A DNA stretch of 64,000 nt from positions 2,652 to 66,651 of the forward strand of contig CAYRPF010000006.1 of the NCBI GenBank assembly GCA_964426185.1, read 5' to 3'. The first letter of the stretch is position 1. Each line of letters begins with the position of its first letter. This DNA comes from an uncultured archaeon. GTDB lineage: Archaea; Asgardarchaeota; Lokiarchaeia; Sigyniarchaeales; Promethearchaeaceae. A model generated the notes under the pieces. That model saw nothing but the letters and a program-made list of their open reading frames with translations. It did no database searches and was not told the DNA's origin. Positions 1-9,061 of the stretch are shown piece after piece. The translations under genes were made by a program, and so were the position numbers.

Positions 1-624
1 TTCAACAGTTAAATCTTCCAAAATAGGCTCAATTAGGTAATTTATCTTCATTCCAATATTGGAAAGAACCGCTATTATGATTTTCTCTCCCTTATGAAAT
101 CTAATTTCAATATTTTCTGCTCGGATTAAGTTTAAACCTTTTTTCCACCCCATTCGATTGATAAATAAGTGAATTGCACTAAATAATCCAGAAACTAAAT
201 TCTGATCTATTGAATCCTGATCTGGCTTTCCATAGAATTTAAAATGATATAAACATAGCCCAGAGGGAGAGAATATGTAAATTTCTGGAATTTCAATAGA
301 ATCTGGAAGGATTAGTGGAAGAGAAACATTCTCCTGCGATTCATCAGATAATCGAGTAATAGATTTTGTATCAGAAGATAAGGATTTTTGGCCATTTAAA
401 GGAATAACGGAAAGTGAATTTTCTTGCTCTGTTGCAAATAAAGATTTTATATAGGTAAGATATTCCATATATTCTTTCATTTCTGCAATATTTAGGGTAA
501 TTTCTGCTTGTCTAAGAATAAATTTTGGCTCTTCTCCATCATTTTCAACTGTAGTAATTTCAATGGGAGAAAGTTTTGAATCATGAATTTTCCAATGGGT
601 TATTTTTTGCTTATTTATCTCCAA
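1..624 (-). CDS. Partial CDS (C-terminus runs off the window): hypothetical protein with a longin/roadblock-like alpha-beta domain
   Basis: Absent from the ORF track because it has no stop in the window. My manual minus-strand translation from TTG at 624 stays open to position 1 (208 codons): LEINKQKITHWKIHDSKLSPIEITTVENDGEEPKF...IYIFSPSGLCLYHFKFYGKPDQDSIDQNLVSGLFSAIHLFINRMGWKKGLNLIRAENIEIRFHKGEKIIIAVLSNIGMKINYLIEPILEDLTVE. The strand-strand-helix-strand-strand pattern resembles longin/roadblock (MglB-like) folds. The start codon is uncertain; there are in-frame ATGs downstream. Confidence 0.45.
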   Translation of the reverse strand, partial: MEINKQKITHWKIHDSKLSPIEITTVENDGEEPKFILRQAEITLNIAEMKEYMEYLTYIKSLFATEQENSLSVIPLNGQKSLSSDTKSITRLSDESQENVSLPLILPDSIEIPEIYIFSPSGLCLYHFKFYGKPDQDSIDQNLVSGLFSAIHLFINRMGWKKGLNLIRAENIEIRFHKGEKIIIAVLSNIGMKINYLIEPILEDLTVE

Positions 625-760
625 AACGGCGCCCTCCGAGTTTTTTGTTGCTAATCATTATAAAACAATTTTAACTAATTTATTTTACCCTCTTGATTAA
701 TTCTTCCTTTTCATATTCAAATTAAATCGCTTTTTTTAAGGTTATATTTAATTCAAAAAT

Positions 761-1315
761 ATGGAAAAAAAGAAGATATATAAAATCATTCTTGCAGGAG
801 ATGGAGGTGTAGGAAAATCCAGTTTATTAACCACAAAAATAACTGGACAATTCAGTTACAGTTCCAAAATAACTGTTGGAATTGATTTTTCTTGTTTATT
901 GGTTGAAAATAATCACCACCCCATTTCTTTTATAGTGTACGACTTAGGGGGACAAGAGAGATTTCATTTTCTTCACGATGCCTATTTGCGGGGAACCAAA
1001 GGCGCTTTAGTATTATATGACATTACTCGACCTAAAAGCTTTGAAAATATTTCTCATTGGGTAGAATTATTAATGAAGGAAAATTCGCAAATTCCAATAA
1101 TCTTGGTAGGATCAAAAATTGACCTTGGTCAACCAGAAGATTTGTTAAATTATCAAAAATTATGGAAAAAAAGGGAAAATGTCTTCCCATATTATTCCAA
1201 CATCCGAGCCCATAAGTTTATATCATCAAAAACCCAAATTGGAATTGAAGATTTATTCAATACTTTAAAAGAATTATTCATTACCCCACATGTTTACTTA
1301 ATCGAGCAATGTTAA
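761..1315 (+). CDS. Small GTPase, Ras superfamily, Rab-like
   Basis: G1 GDGGVGKSS, switch I TVGIDF (Rab TIGVDF-like), G3 DLGGQERF, G4 GSKIDL (NKxD variant), G5 SSKT. Length is 184 aa and the final residue is Cys. Confidence 0.9.
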   Translation: MEKKKIYKIILAGDGGVGKSSLLTTKITGQFSYSSKITVGIDFSCLLVENNHHPISFIVYDLGGQERFHFLHDAYLRGTKGALVLYDITRPKSFENISHWVELLMKENSQIPIILVGSKIDLGQPEDLLNYQKLWKKRENVFPYYSNIRAHKFISSKTQIGIEDLFNTLKELFITPHVYLIEQC

Positions 1316-1346
1316 ATAAAAAAAAAGATGGAATACATAACTGTTC

Positions 1347-3344
1347 TCAATCTTCATCTACTAATTTATCGATAAGTGAATCATCTGCCAAAAACGGCAT
1401 GGTTATATACCCTTTTCCTTGATTTCTTTTATTCCATTCACTTGCAGTTTCAATGGCATGAGGATTTCGCGCCCATGCACGACGAGCAATACCACAATGT
1501 ACATCCCAGTCAAGTGCAAGATCTATAATCATATCTACTCGTTCACTTCCATCTAAAACCAGACCGAATCCACCATTAATCACTTTTCCAGTTCCAACTC
1601 CTCCTCCGTTAGAAAGAACGCACATGGTCATTCCTCGCGCAACATTTCCTGCCCAAGAATGATGTGCCATTTCTGACATGATATTGCTTCCATCTTTAAT
1701 ATTTGAAGTTTCTCGGAATGGGCTGTCCGTTCCTGATACATCGTGATGATCCCGTCCAAGCATTACGGGACCAATTTTCCCTTCACGGACTAGTCGGTTG
1801 AATTCATGTGCAATTTTAACTCGACCAAGCCCATCTGCATATAATATTCGGGCTTGAGTCCCTACAACTAAACCATTCTTTTCTGCATCTCGAATCCACA
1901 CATAATTATCACGATCTTGTCCACGTCGATTCGGATCGATACATTTCATAGCAGTTTGATCAGTTTGGATCAAATCACTGTGCTTTCCACTTAAACACAC
2001 CCAACGAAACGGGCCATAACCATAATCAAAGCAAATTGGCCCCATAATATCTTCCACATATGATGGGTAAATAAAACCATTTCTGGGATCGTGATCTTTG
2101 GCAATTGAAGTTGCTCCTGCATCGTATACAGCTTTTAAAAAGGAATTTCCATAATCCCAAAATTTGGTGCCTCTTTGAGTCATAATTTGAATCAGTTCAA
2201 ATTGGCGCTTTAATGATTCATCTACCAATTTTTTAAACTTTTGGCGCTCATTTTTCAGCAATTCTCGACCTTCTTTAAAAGAAACACCTACTGGAGTATA
2301 CCCTCCTTCATAAACAGCATGACAGCTGGTTTGATCAGAGGCTAATTCAACTTTGATGTTGTTATCTACCACATATTGCCACAAATCAACCACATTTCCA
2401 TGATAAGCAATCGAAAGAGATTCCCTTCGGGTTCTATATTCATCAACCCATTGAAATATTTCTTCTAAATTATCTGAGATACGGTTTACCCATCCTTGTT
2501 CATGGCGTGTTTTAATCCGAGAAAGATCTACTTCTGCAGTAACACTTATTGCTCTTGCGATATCTGCTGCCTTCGGTTGAGCACCACTCATTCCACCCAA
2601 ACCTGAACTAATGTATAATACACCAGATAAATCTTCATTTTCCTTTCGATTAAGATATAGTCGACCTGCATTAAGCAAGGTTATGTATGTCCCATGTACA
2701 ATTCCTTGCGGGCCAATATACATCCATCCTCCTGCGGTCATTTGACCATAATTAGCCAAACCTAAGGCTTGAGCGCGGTGAAAATCTGCAGAATTATCAT
2801 ACATACCAATCATTAATCCGTTGGAGAAAATTACTCTGGGAGCATTGCGTTTGCTGGGAAATAATCCTAAAGGATGACCAGACATTACAACCAATGTTTG
2901 ATCTTCCTTTATAATTTCAAGATATTGTTTGATTAATCGATATTGCATCCAATTTTGGCATACTTGTCCTGATTCACCATAAGTAACTAATTCATATGGA
3001 TAAAGAGCGATATCAAAATCTAAATTATTATCTATCATAACTTGGATTGCTCGAGCCTCAAGAATTCCCTTGTATTCATCAATTGGTTTGCCTACAATCG
3101 GACCATGAGGGCGATAACGATATGCATAAATCCGACCTCGTGTCTTTAATTCATACAGAAATTCAGGTGCGAGTTTTTCATGCAATTCTTTAGGAACATA
3201 ACGTAAAGCATTTTTCAATGCAATTTTAGTTTCTTTCGGAGTTAAATTAAATCCACGATTTGGAGCTCTTCGATATTGAGGATCAAATTCGGGATCTGGG
3301 GGGAGTTCTGCGGGTAATTGAATTTTCACAATGTTATTCGACAT
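1347..3344 (-). CDS. hutU: Urocanate hydratase (urocanase), long form
   Basis: Urocanase-like along the full length: GLGGMSGAQPKAA, GGWMYIGPQGIVHGTY, DHHDVSGTDSPFRETSN. At 665 aa it is nearer the long eukaryote-type length than the shorter bacterial forms I recall. Confidence 0.93.
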   Translation of the reverse strand: MSNNIVKIQLPAELPPDPEFDPQYRRAPNRGFNLTPKETKIALKNALRYVPKELHEKLAPEFLYELKTRGRIYAYRYRPHGPIVGKPIDEYKGILEARAIQVMIDNNLDFDIALYPYELVTYGESGQVCQNWMQYRLIKQYLEIIKEDQTLVVMSGHPLGLFPSKRNAPRVIFSNGLMIGMYDNSADFHRAQALGLANYGQMTAGGWMYIGPQGIVHGTYITLLNAGRLYLNRKENEDLSGVLYISSGLGGMSGAQPKAADIARAISVTAEVDLSRIKTRHEQGWVNRISDNLEEIFQWVDEYRTRRESLSIAYHGNVVDLWQYVVDNNIKVELASDQTSCHAVYEGGYTPVGVSFKEGRELLKNERQKFKKLVDESLKRQFELIQIMTQRGTKFWDYGNSFLKAVYDAGATSIAKDHDPRNGFIYPSYVEDIMGPICFDYGYGPFRWVCLSGKHSDLIQTDQTAMKCIDPNRRGQDRDNYVWIRDAEKNGLVVGTQARILYADGLGRVKIAHEFNRLVREGKIGPVMLGRDHHDVSGTDSPFRETSNIKDGSNIMSEMAHHSWAGNVARGMTMCVLSNGGGVGTGKVINGGFGLVLDGSERVDMIIDLALDWDVHCGIARRAWARNPHAIETASEWNKRNQGKGYITMPFLADDSLIDKLVDED

Positions 3345-3456
3345 GATTCTCGTTTAAAAAAGAAGCTATTTCAGAATAAAAAGTTTGTTTCATAAATTCC
3401 CCCTCTTGACCCATTTAAAAAATTTTATAGTATGACCACCCATTATCTATACAGAG

Positions 3457-4995
3457 TTGATAAAGTTGGAAGAATTTCATTACGGAATGGATCAGATGGA
3501 TGTTCCCATTGCACTGAAATTATGTTCGGGAGAAATGAAAGGAATTATCACCGATGAAGTTAAAACGAAAGTTCAACAGTGCCATGCTGCAGTACAACGA
3601 ATTGTTCAAGGGGAAAAGCCTGTATATTCAATAAATACTGGTTTTGGATCTTTGTGCACCACTAAAATTTCGAAAGATGATGCAGGAAAATTGCAAGAAA
3701 ACTTATTGAAATCTCATAGTGTTGGAGTAGGCGCTCCAATCGAGACCGACATTGCAAAAATTATGCTTATTTTAAAGGTTCACGCTCTTTGTCAAGGTTA
3801 TAGTGGAGTATCATTAACTTTGATTGAGCGAATACTCTGGCACATCGATATGAATTATATTCCTAAAGTTCTAGAGCAAGGTTCAGTTGGTGCTTCTGGA
3901 GATTTATGTCCTCTCGCGCATTTATTCCTTCCATTAATCGGACTGGGAGAAATTACTAAAGATGGTGGGAAAAACTATGTGCCAACCCATCAAATTCTAG
4001 AAGAAAATCAAATATCCCCTCTCTCATTAGGAGCAAAAGAAGGATTGGGTTTAATCAATGGGACTCAATTTATTGCAGCACATGCAATTAAAGTGGTCGA
4101 ACGTTTGGAAAATTGCGTGGATCATGCTGATTTAATTGGTGCGTTAAGTTTAGAAGGATATCTTGGTTCGGTGGCACCTTTTGATCCCAGATTGCATAAA
4201 ATACGACCTCATCCAGGTGCTCAAATTGTAGCGCGGCATCTTCGTGAATTAACAGAAGGATCGGAATTTATCGAATATCATAAAGATTGTAATAGGGTGC
4301 AAGATCCCTATTCTTTTCGGTGTATGCCACAAATTCATGGAGCATGCCGAAATGCGCTTAATCATTTAAAGGAAGTTCTTATTCGGGAAATTAATTCGGT
4401 AACTGATAATCCAAATATTTTCCTTGAAGGAGAAAATGGAATAGCAATTTCTGGAGGGGGATTTCACGGAGAACCGCTAGCTTTACCATTAGATTATGTT
4501 GGTTTAGCTGCATCAGAATTGGGAAATATATCTGATCGACGCGTATATCTATTATTGGGTGAAAAAGGAGAATATGGACTTCCACTTTATCTAATTAAGG
4601 GTTCTGGTTTAAATTCTGGCTTTATGATTGCCCAATATGCTACAGCTGCACTTGCCAGTGAAAACAAATCTTTATGTTTTCCAGCTAGTGCAGATTCCAT
4701 TCCTACCAGTAATGGGGTTGAAGATTTAGTGTCTATGGGTTCAATTTCTGCACGGAAAACTCTCAGGATGATCGCAAATCTGGAGCAGATCCTAGGAATT
4801 GAGTTAGTTTGTGCATGTCAAGCAATGGATTTCAGACGACCCTTACAAAGTTCTGAAAAATTGGAATCTTGTCATTCTTATGTTCGAAAATATATCCCCT
4901 TTATTGAAAATGATGAAATTCTTTCACCACACATGCAGAAAGCAGCTGAAATTGTTCGCTCTAAGAAATTGCTTGAAATTTCACAAATCAATTAA
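3457..4995 (+). CDS. hutH: Histidine ammonia-lyase
   Basis: MIO-forming motif GSVGASGDLCPLAHL and the PAL/HAL family pattern (NGTQF, SFRCMPQIHGA, NPNIF). The start is TTG at 3457 per the track, so the N-terminus is uncertain. Confidence 0.93.
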   Translation: MIKLEEFHYGMDQMDVPIALKLCSGEMKGIITDEVKTKVQQCHAAVQRIVQGEKPVYSINTGFGSLCTTKISKDDAGKLQENLLKSHSVGVGAPIETDIAKIMLILKVHALCQGYSGVSLTLIERILWHIDMNYIPKVLEQGSVGASGDLCPLAHLFLPLIGLGEITKDGGKNYVPTHQILEENQISPLSLGAKEGLGLINGTQFIAAHAIKVVERLENCVDHADLIGALSLEGYLGSVAPFDPRLHKIRPHPGAQIVARHLRELTEGSEFIEYHKDCNRVQDPYSFRCMPQIHGACRNALNHLKEVLIREINSVTDNPNIFLEGENGIAISGGGFHGEPLALPLDYVGLAASELGNISDRRVYLLLGEKGEYGLPLYLIKGSGLNSGFMIAQYATAALASENKSLCFPASADSIPTSNGVEDLVSMGSISARKTLRMIANLEQILGIELVCACQAMDFRRPLQSSEKLESCHSYVRKYIPFIENDEILSPHMQKAAEIVRSKKLLEISQIN

Positions 4996-5138
4996 TTTTT
5001 TTTCTCATGATGAAGATCACAAATAGGTGATTGGTAAAATTTTTTTCTAAAATATTCCATTTTCTTGGGCAGATCATTTTAATTTAACCCCTAATTCACC
5101 ATATTACGAATCACTTTCTACTTATTGTGTGATCTATT

Positions 5139-6671
5139 ATGCCATTAGTTGAACTAGTTCCCAATTTTAGTGAAGGTCGGAATAAAGAAGTAATCGACCA
5201 AATACTATACGCCTTAAAATCTGCCGGGTCTGCTAAAGTACTCGATGCCCGCGCGGATCCTGATCATAACCGGCTTGTGGTCACAATGGTAGGTGAACCA
5301 GATGCTTGTTTCAATGCGGCTTTTGCAGGAATTAAAACCGCCTCCCAGTTAATCGATATGGATAAGCACACAGGAGAACATCCCCGAATTGGAGCAACAG
5401 ATGTTGTCCCCTTTGTTCCGGTCTCAGGAATTACAATAGAGGAATGTGCTGAGCTTGCAAAGAAACTTGCGGAAAAAGTTTCCTCCGAGCTAGGGATTCC
5501 CACTTATCTATACGAAGCAGCAGCCACCCAACCTGACCGTGTAAATCTGGCAAATATTCGGAAAGGGCAATATGAAGGATTAAAAGAAGAAATTAAGACC
5601 AATCCCGATCGTAAACCGGATTTTGGGCCTTCAGAATTACCAAAAGCAGGTGCCACGGTCATAGGCGCCCGAGAATTCTTGATTGCATATAATATTTACT
5701 TAAATACTGACAACGTAGAGATTGCCAAACGTATTGGGGTGAATATTCGACATAAAAATGGTGGTTTTCGCTATGTAAAATCGATGGGATTCGATACCAA
5801 ACCTTACGTGCAAGTATCTATGAATTTAACAAATTACAGAGAAACGCCCATGCATATGGTGGTTGAAACTGTTCGTCGTGAGGCTGCACGATATGGTGTG
5901 ATGATTACCGAAACAGAAGTATATGGTATGATTCCAGTGGATGCATTATTGGATTCCGCTGAATTCTATCTCCAACTAAATGATAAGTGGGAACGAAACC
6001 AAGTTATCGAGAAAAAATTAGAAGAAGTCTCACGAAATGAAAGTCAAGCTTTAATAAACTACACTGTACAAGACTTTATTAAAGAATTAGCTTCAGATTC
6101 TCCTGCACCAGGTGGTGGATCAGTTGCTTGCGTAGCAGGGGGTATGGGTGCTGCTCTTGGAGCAATGGTTTCCCGTTTAACTATCGGGAAAAAGGGATAT
6201 GAAGAAGTATCATCCCTGTTCTCGGAAAAATTGAAAGACCTGGATGAATTGCATCATAAATTGACCATGTTAATTGATAAAGATGCCAATGCTTTTAATG
6301 GAGTCATAAAGGCTTTTAAAATGCCGAAGGACACTGAAGAACAAAAAGCTGCGCGCTCTGCAAAAATACAAGAGGAATATAAAAATGCCGCTTTAGTTCC
6401 CTTAGAAACTGTGAAAACATGTAAAGCAGTATTAGATGTACTGTTCGAAATCGGAATAAAAGGTAACAAGAATGCTCTTTCGGACATTGCGGTTGGTGCG
6501 ATGAATACACTTACCGGTTTGAAATCAGCTGCATTAAATGTGGAGATTAACCTACCAGCAATAAAAGATGAGGAATTTAAAACAAATGTTAAAAATGAAC
6601 TTCTTTCTATAATAACAGGGTTGGATGAAAAAGTAAATTATTTAGTGGAAGAAGCCAGGAAAAATTTTTAG
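5139..6671 (+). CDS. ftcD: Bifunctional glutamate formimidoyltransferase / formimidoyl-THF cyclodeaminase (FTCD-like)
   Basis: The N-terminus MPLVELVPNFSEGRN and HPRIGATDVVPFVP are typical of the formiminotransferase domain. The C-terminal roughly 190 aa (SDSPAPGGGSVACVAGGMGAALG) is typical of the cyclodeaminase domain. Confidence 0.88.
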   Translation: MPLVELVPNFSEGRNKEVIDQILYALKSAGSAKVLDARADPDHNRLVVTMVGEPDACFNAAFAGIKTASQLIDMDKHTGEHPRIGATDVVPFVPVSGITIEECAELAKKLAEKVSSELGIPTYLYEAAATQPDRVNLANIRKGQYEGLKEEIKTNPDRKPDFGPSELPKAGATVIGAREFLIAYNIYLNTDNVEIAKRIGVNIRHKNGGFRYVKSMGFDTKPYVQVSMNLTNYRETPMHMVVETVRREAARYGVMITETEVYGMIPVDALLDSAEFYLQLNDKWERNQVIEKKLEEVSRNESQALINYTVQDFIKELASDSPAPGGGSVACVAGGMGAALGAMVSRLTIGKKGYEEVSSLFSEKLKDLDELHHKLTMLIDKDANAFNGVIKAFKMPKDTEEQKAARSAKIQEEYKNAALVPLETVKTCKAVLDVLFEIGIKGNKNALSDIAVGAMNTLTGLKSAALNVEINLPAIKDEEFKTNVKNELLSIITGLDEKVNYLVEEARKNF

Positions 6672-6887
6672 ATGTAAGATTTTTTTTTTAACCACCAATT
6701 CTTATATCTTATTAATTTTTTTTTTACTTTGGGCTAAATCAACTAATCATTATATCATAATCAAGAAAAAAATTCTATTTTTATAGAACGGTCATCTTTT
6801 TAGTAGAAGAACTCTTTAATCCTATAATCACAATATTAAATAGGTTCTAAAAATGTACTAATACTATTAATAAATAAATGTGATTAC

Positions 6888-7109
6888 ATGAGTCGCGATT
6901 TTGAAGATAATTTGAAGTCATTTTCCGAAATTCAACTTCCCCAAGGCTATCATAATATGCCTAGATGTGAATGGTGCAATAAACCTCTTCCAAAACGATA
7001 TATCAGCCACGTAAATTTACAGCAAGACCCTCCAGAACATAAATTCTGTAGTCGTGTTTGCAAAGAAAAGTGGTGTGCTAATGCAGGAAAAAAAAAAAAA
7101 AAGAAATAA
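6888..7109 (+). CDS. Small zinc-binding protein, TRASH/YHS-like Cys motif, poly-Lys tail
   Basis: CEWC-x23-CSRVC spacing (C-x2-C...C-x3-C) resembles a TRASH domain. The C-terminal KKKKKK is encoded by a 15-nt A run at 7088-7102. Confidence 0.5.
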   Translation: MSRDFEDNLKSFSEIQLPQGYHNMPRCEWCNKPLPKRYISHVNLQQDPPEHKFCSRVCKEKWCANAGKKKKKK

Positions 7110-7119
7110 CCCTTATTGG

Positions 7120-8958
7120 TTAATCTTCGAGAATTCGGCGAATATCTTGAATTTTTTTTTCCATTCTATTCCAATCTCCCTCTGATTCAGGTTTTTGATG
7201 TTGAATTGTCTGAGCACGTGATTTTCCTATTCCATCAATAGCTTCTAGTTCTTTTTGAGTAAGAGAAATCAATTTTACCGGTGTTACTAAGCAAACCAAA
7301 GATCTAGCTCCGTGATTAACGACTTTCAAATCATAAAATTGATGCAATGGTATTTTTTTCGGAATAAAACATCGGATAGGGTAGGTTCCAATCTGACGAG
7401 CTAAAGTGCCTTTTCCATCATGTTTTTCGGCATATACACGAAAAAGCTTGCTTCCAAAGGGAAATAGGCGCTGTAACATTGGATAATCGATCTCATCTCG
7501 AATTTTTGCCTTCCAATGAAAATACTTGCTTTGATATTTGTTTAAATGCTTTCGAACCCATCTTTGGGTCGTTTTATTTATGGTGTTGGAGACTAGAAAT
7601 TTGCGTAAATTTATTCTACGAATCAGATAACCTTTTTTTAGCAAATTAAGCAAGAAATCATAATTTTGCTGTAAACTTTTGGCAGTTTCCCCTGGAAGCC
7701 CCATGATGAAGTTTAAACCGGGTAAAAATAACGGTGTTCCATTAACACCTAACCGACTACCATGCAAATTTATGATTTTTATTGCCTGCTCGATTTCTTC
7801 TGCTTTAGCTTTCAAGTTATTGGCGCGAATTACTTCTGGGACTATGGATTCTACTCCAATGGCTGCTATGTTACCTGATGTGCAGTATTCTGTGATAATA
7901 TTGGTTATTTCTTCTGCCTCTTCTGGATATAGTGAGAAATTGAGCGCGTTTACGTTATCAATGTGAAGTGTTTCCAGATTGGGGCATTTTTTTCGTATTT
8001 CGCTCAATAAGGTATAAATTGCTTTAACATTCGGTTGAGGATATTTAGGATGGATGAATTCTCTATGTTGGAATGCGTAAAAATCAGTTTGTGAACCCAG
8101 ACGAAAATGTCTTACACCTATTTCATATAATGAAACCACTTCTTCCACTATATCTTCTATTTTTCGGTGTTGAGTAGGCCCTTTCAAAGGTTCGATACAA
8201 AATCTGCATCCCCCTGTTCGATATCGTGGGCAACCTTGAAATGTTTCGATTTCGCAGATTAAATTTCCGAAAGGTTTTCTATTAAAATTTGGATGTTGTG
8301 GAATGATCCACGATGGGCCTGCTATTGCAAAAGGTTGCAAGGAGTGAATATTTGGTCGTTTGGCTTCTCTTAGGTTTTTAATTATCTGCGATGAAACATT
8401 TGGACGATCAAGAGATTCCAATTGAGAATTGAATTGAGAAATGGAAGAATAACTATGCTTTTTTCTACGAAGGGATTTTAAAAAGGAGCGGTATTGAGTG
8501 AATAAAAGAAAAATCGCCCAATCTGCATCTTCTTCTAAAATTAAATCATAGATACCTTCAAGAAGCTTTATTCCACGACTGGTGCGTCCACCTTCTTCTC
8601 CAATGCCATATTTAGTCGCTGGACCACATAAAATTGATACTGTTTTAGAAAACAGCGTAACCAATTCCCTAATCTCACGATAGCTTATGGGTCTTGCGCC
8701 TAGATATTTACCAGGCACAGTAACTCCCGAGATAACAATCATTAAATCTACAGCATTTTGCTGGTAATTATTTCTATTGTGACGGAATTGGTCGATTGTG
8801 CAATAAATTAATTCCATATGAGTGGATTGTTGCGAAGTAGCTTCTCTAATTGCACCTGCAATATATCGCGGCAAGGGGGCTAAAAAGGGAGGTACCCCTA
8901 AGCATCCAGGTTCATCAATATACCCATCAATGAGCAAGATCTTTAGAGATAGATCCAT
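7120..8958 (-). CDS. Radical SAM domain protein with N-terminal Rossmann/B12-binding-like region and C-terminal helix-hairpin-helix
   Basis: IETFQGCPRYRTGGCRFCIEP is a Cys triad in a radical-SAM context, followed by GVRHFRLGSQTD. The C-terminus has LEAIDGIGKSRAQTI (HhH). I chose the start at Met52 (MDLSLKILLIDGY, ATG at 8958) because the track's longer ORF (to 9111) overlaps the divergent gene. Confidence 0.75.
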   Translation of the reverse strand: MDLSLKILLIDGYIDEPGCLGVPPFLAPLPRYIAGAIREATSQQSTHMELIYCTIDQFRHNRNNYQQNAVDLMIVISGVTVPGKYLGARPISYREIRELVTLFSKTVSILCGPATKYGIGEEGGRTSRGIKLLEGIYDLILEEDADWAIFLLFTQYRSFLKSLRRKKHSYSSISQFNSQLESLDRPNVSSQIIKNLREAKRPNIHSLQPFAIAGPSWIIPQHPNFNRKPFGNLICEIETFQGCPRYRTGGCRFCIEPLKGPTQHRKIEDIVEEVVSLYEIGVRHFRLGSQTDFYAFQHREFIHPKYPQPNVKAIYTLLSEIRKKCPNLETLHIDNVNALNFSLYPEEAEEITNIITEYCTSGNIAAIGVESIVPEVIRANNLKAKAEEIEQAIKIINLHGSRLGVNGTPLFLPGLNFIMGLPGETAKSLQQNYDFLLNLLKKGYLIRRINLRKFLVSNTINKTTQRWVRKHLNKYQSKYFHWKAKIRDEIDYPMLQRLFPFGSKLFRVYAEKHDGKGTLARQIGTYPIRCFIPKKIPLHQFYDLKVVNHGARSLVCLVTPVKLISLTQKELEAIDGIGKSRAQTIQHQKPESEGDWNRMEKKIQDIRRILED

Positions 8959-9061
8959 TTTATCCCCCGCTATCATATTAATTATAATGGAGCTTACTTT
9001 ATGGAAATTATCATTTCGACAAGACTTTTTAGTTTTTCCGTGTTTAGTTCCAACATAGAAA

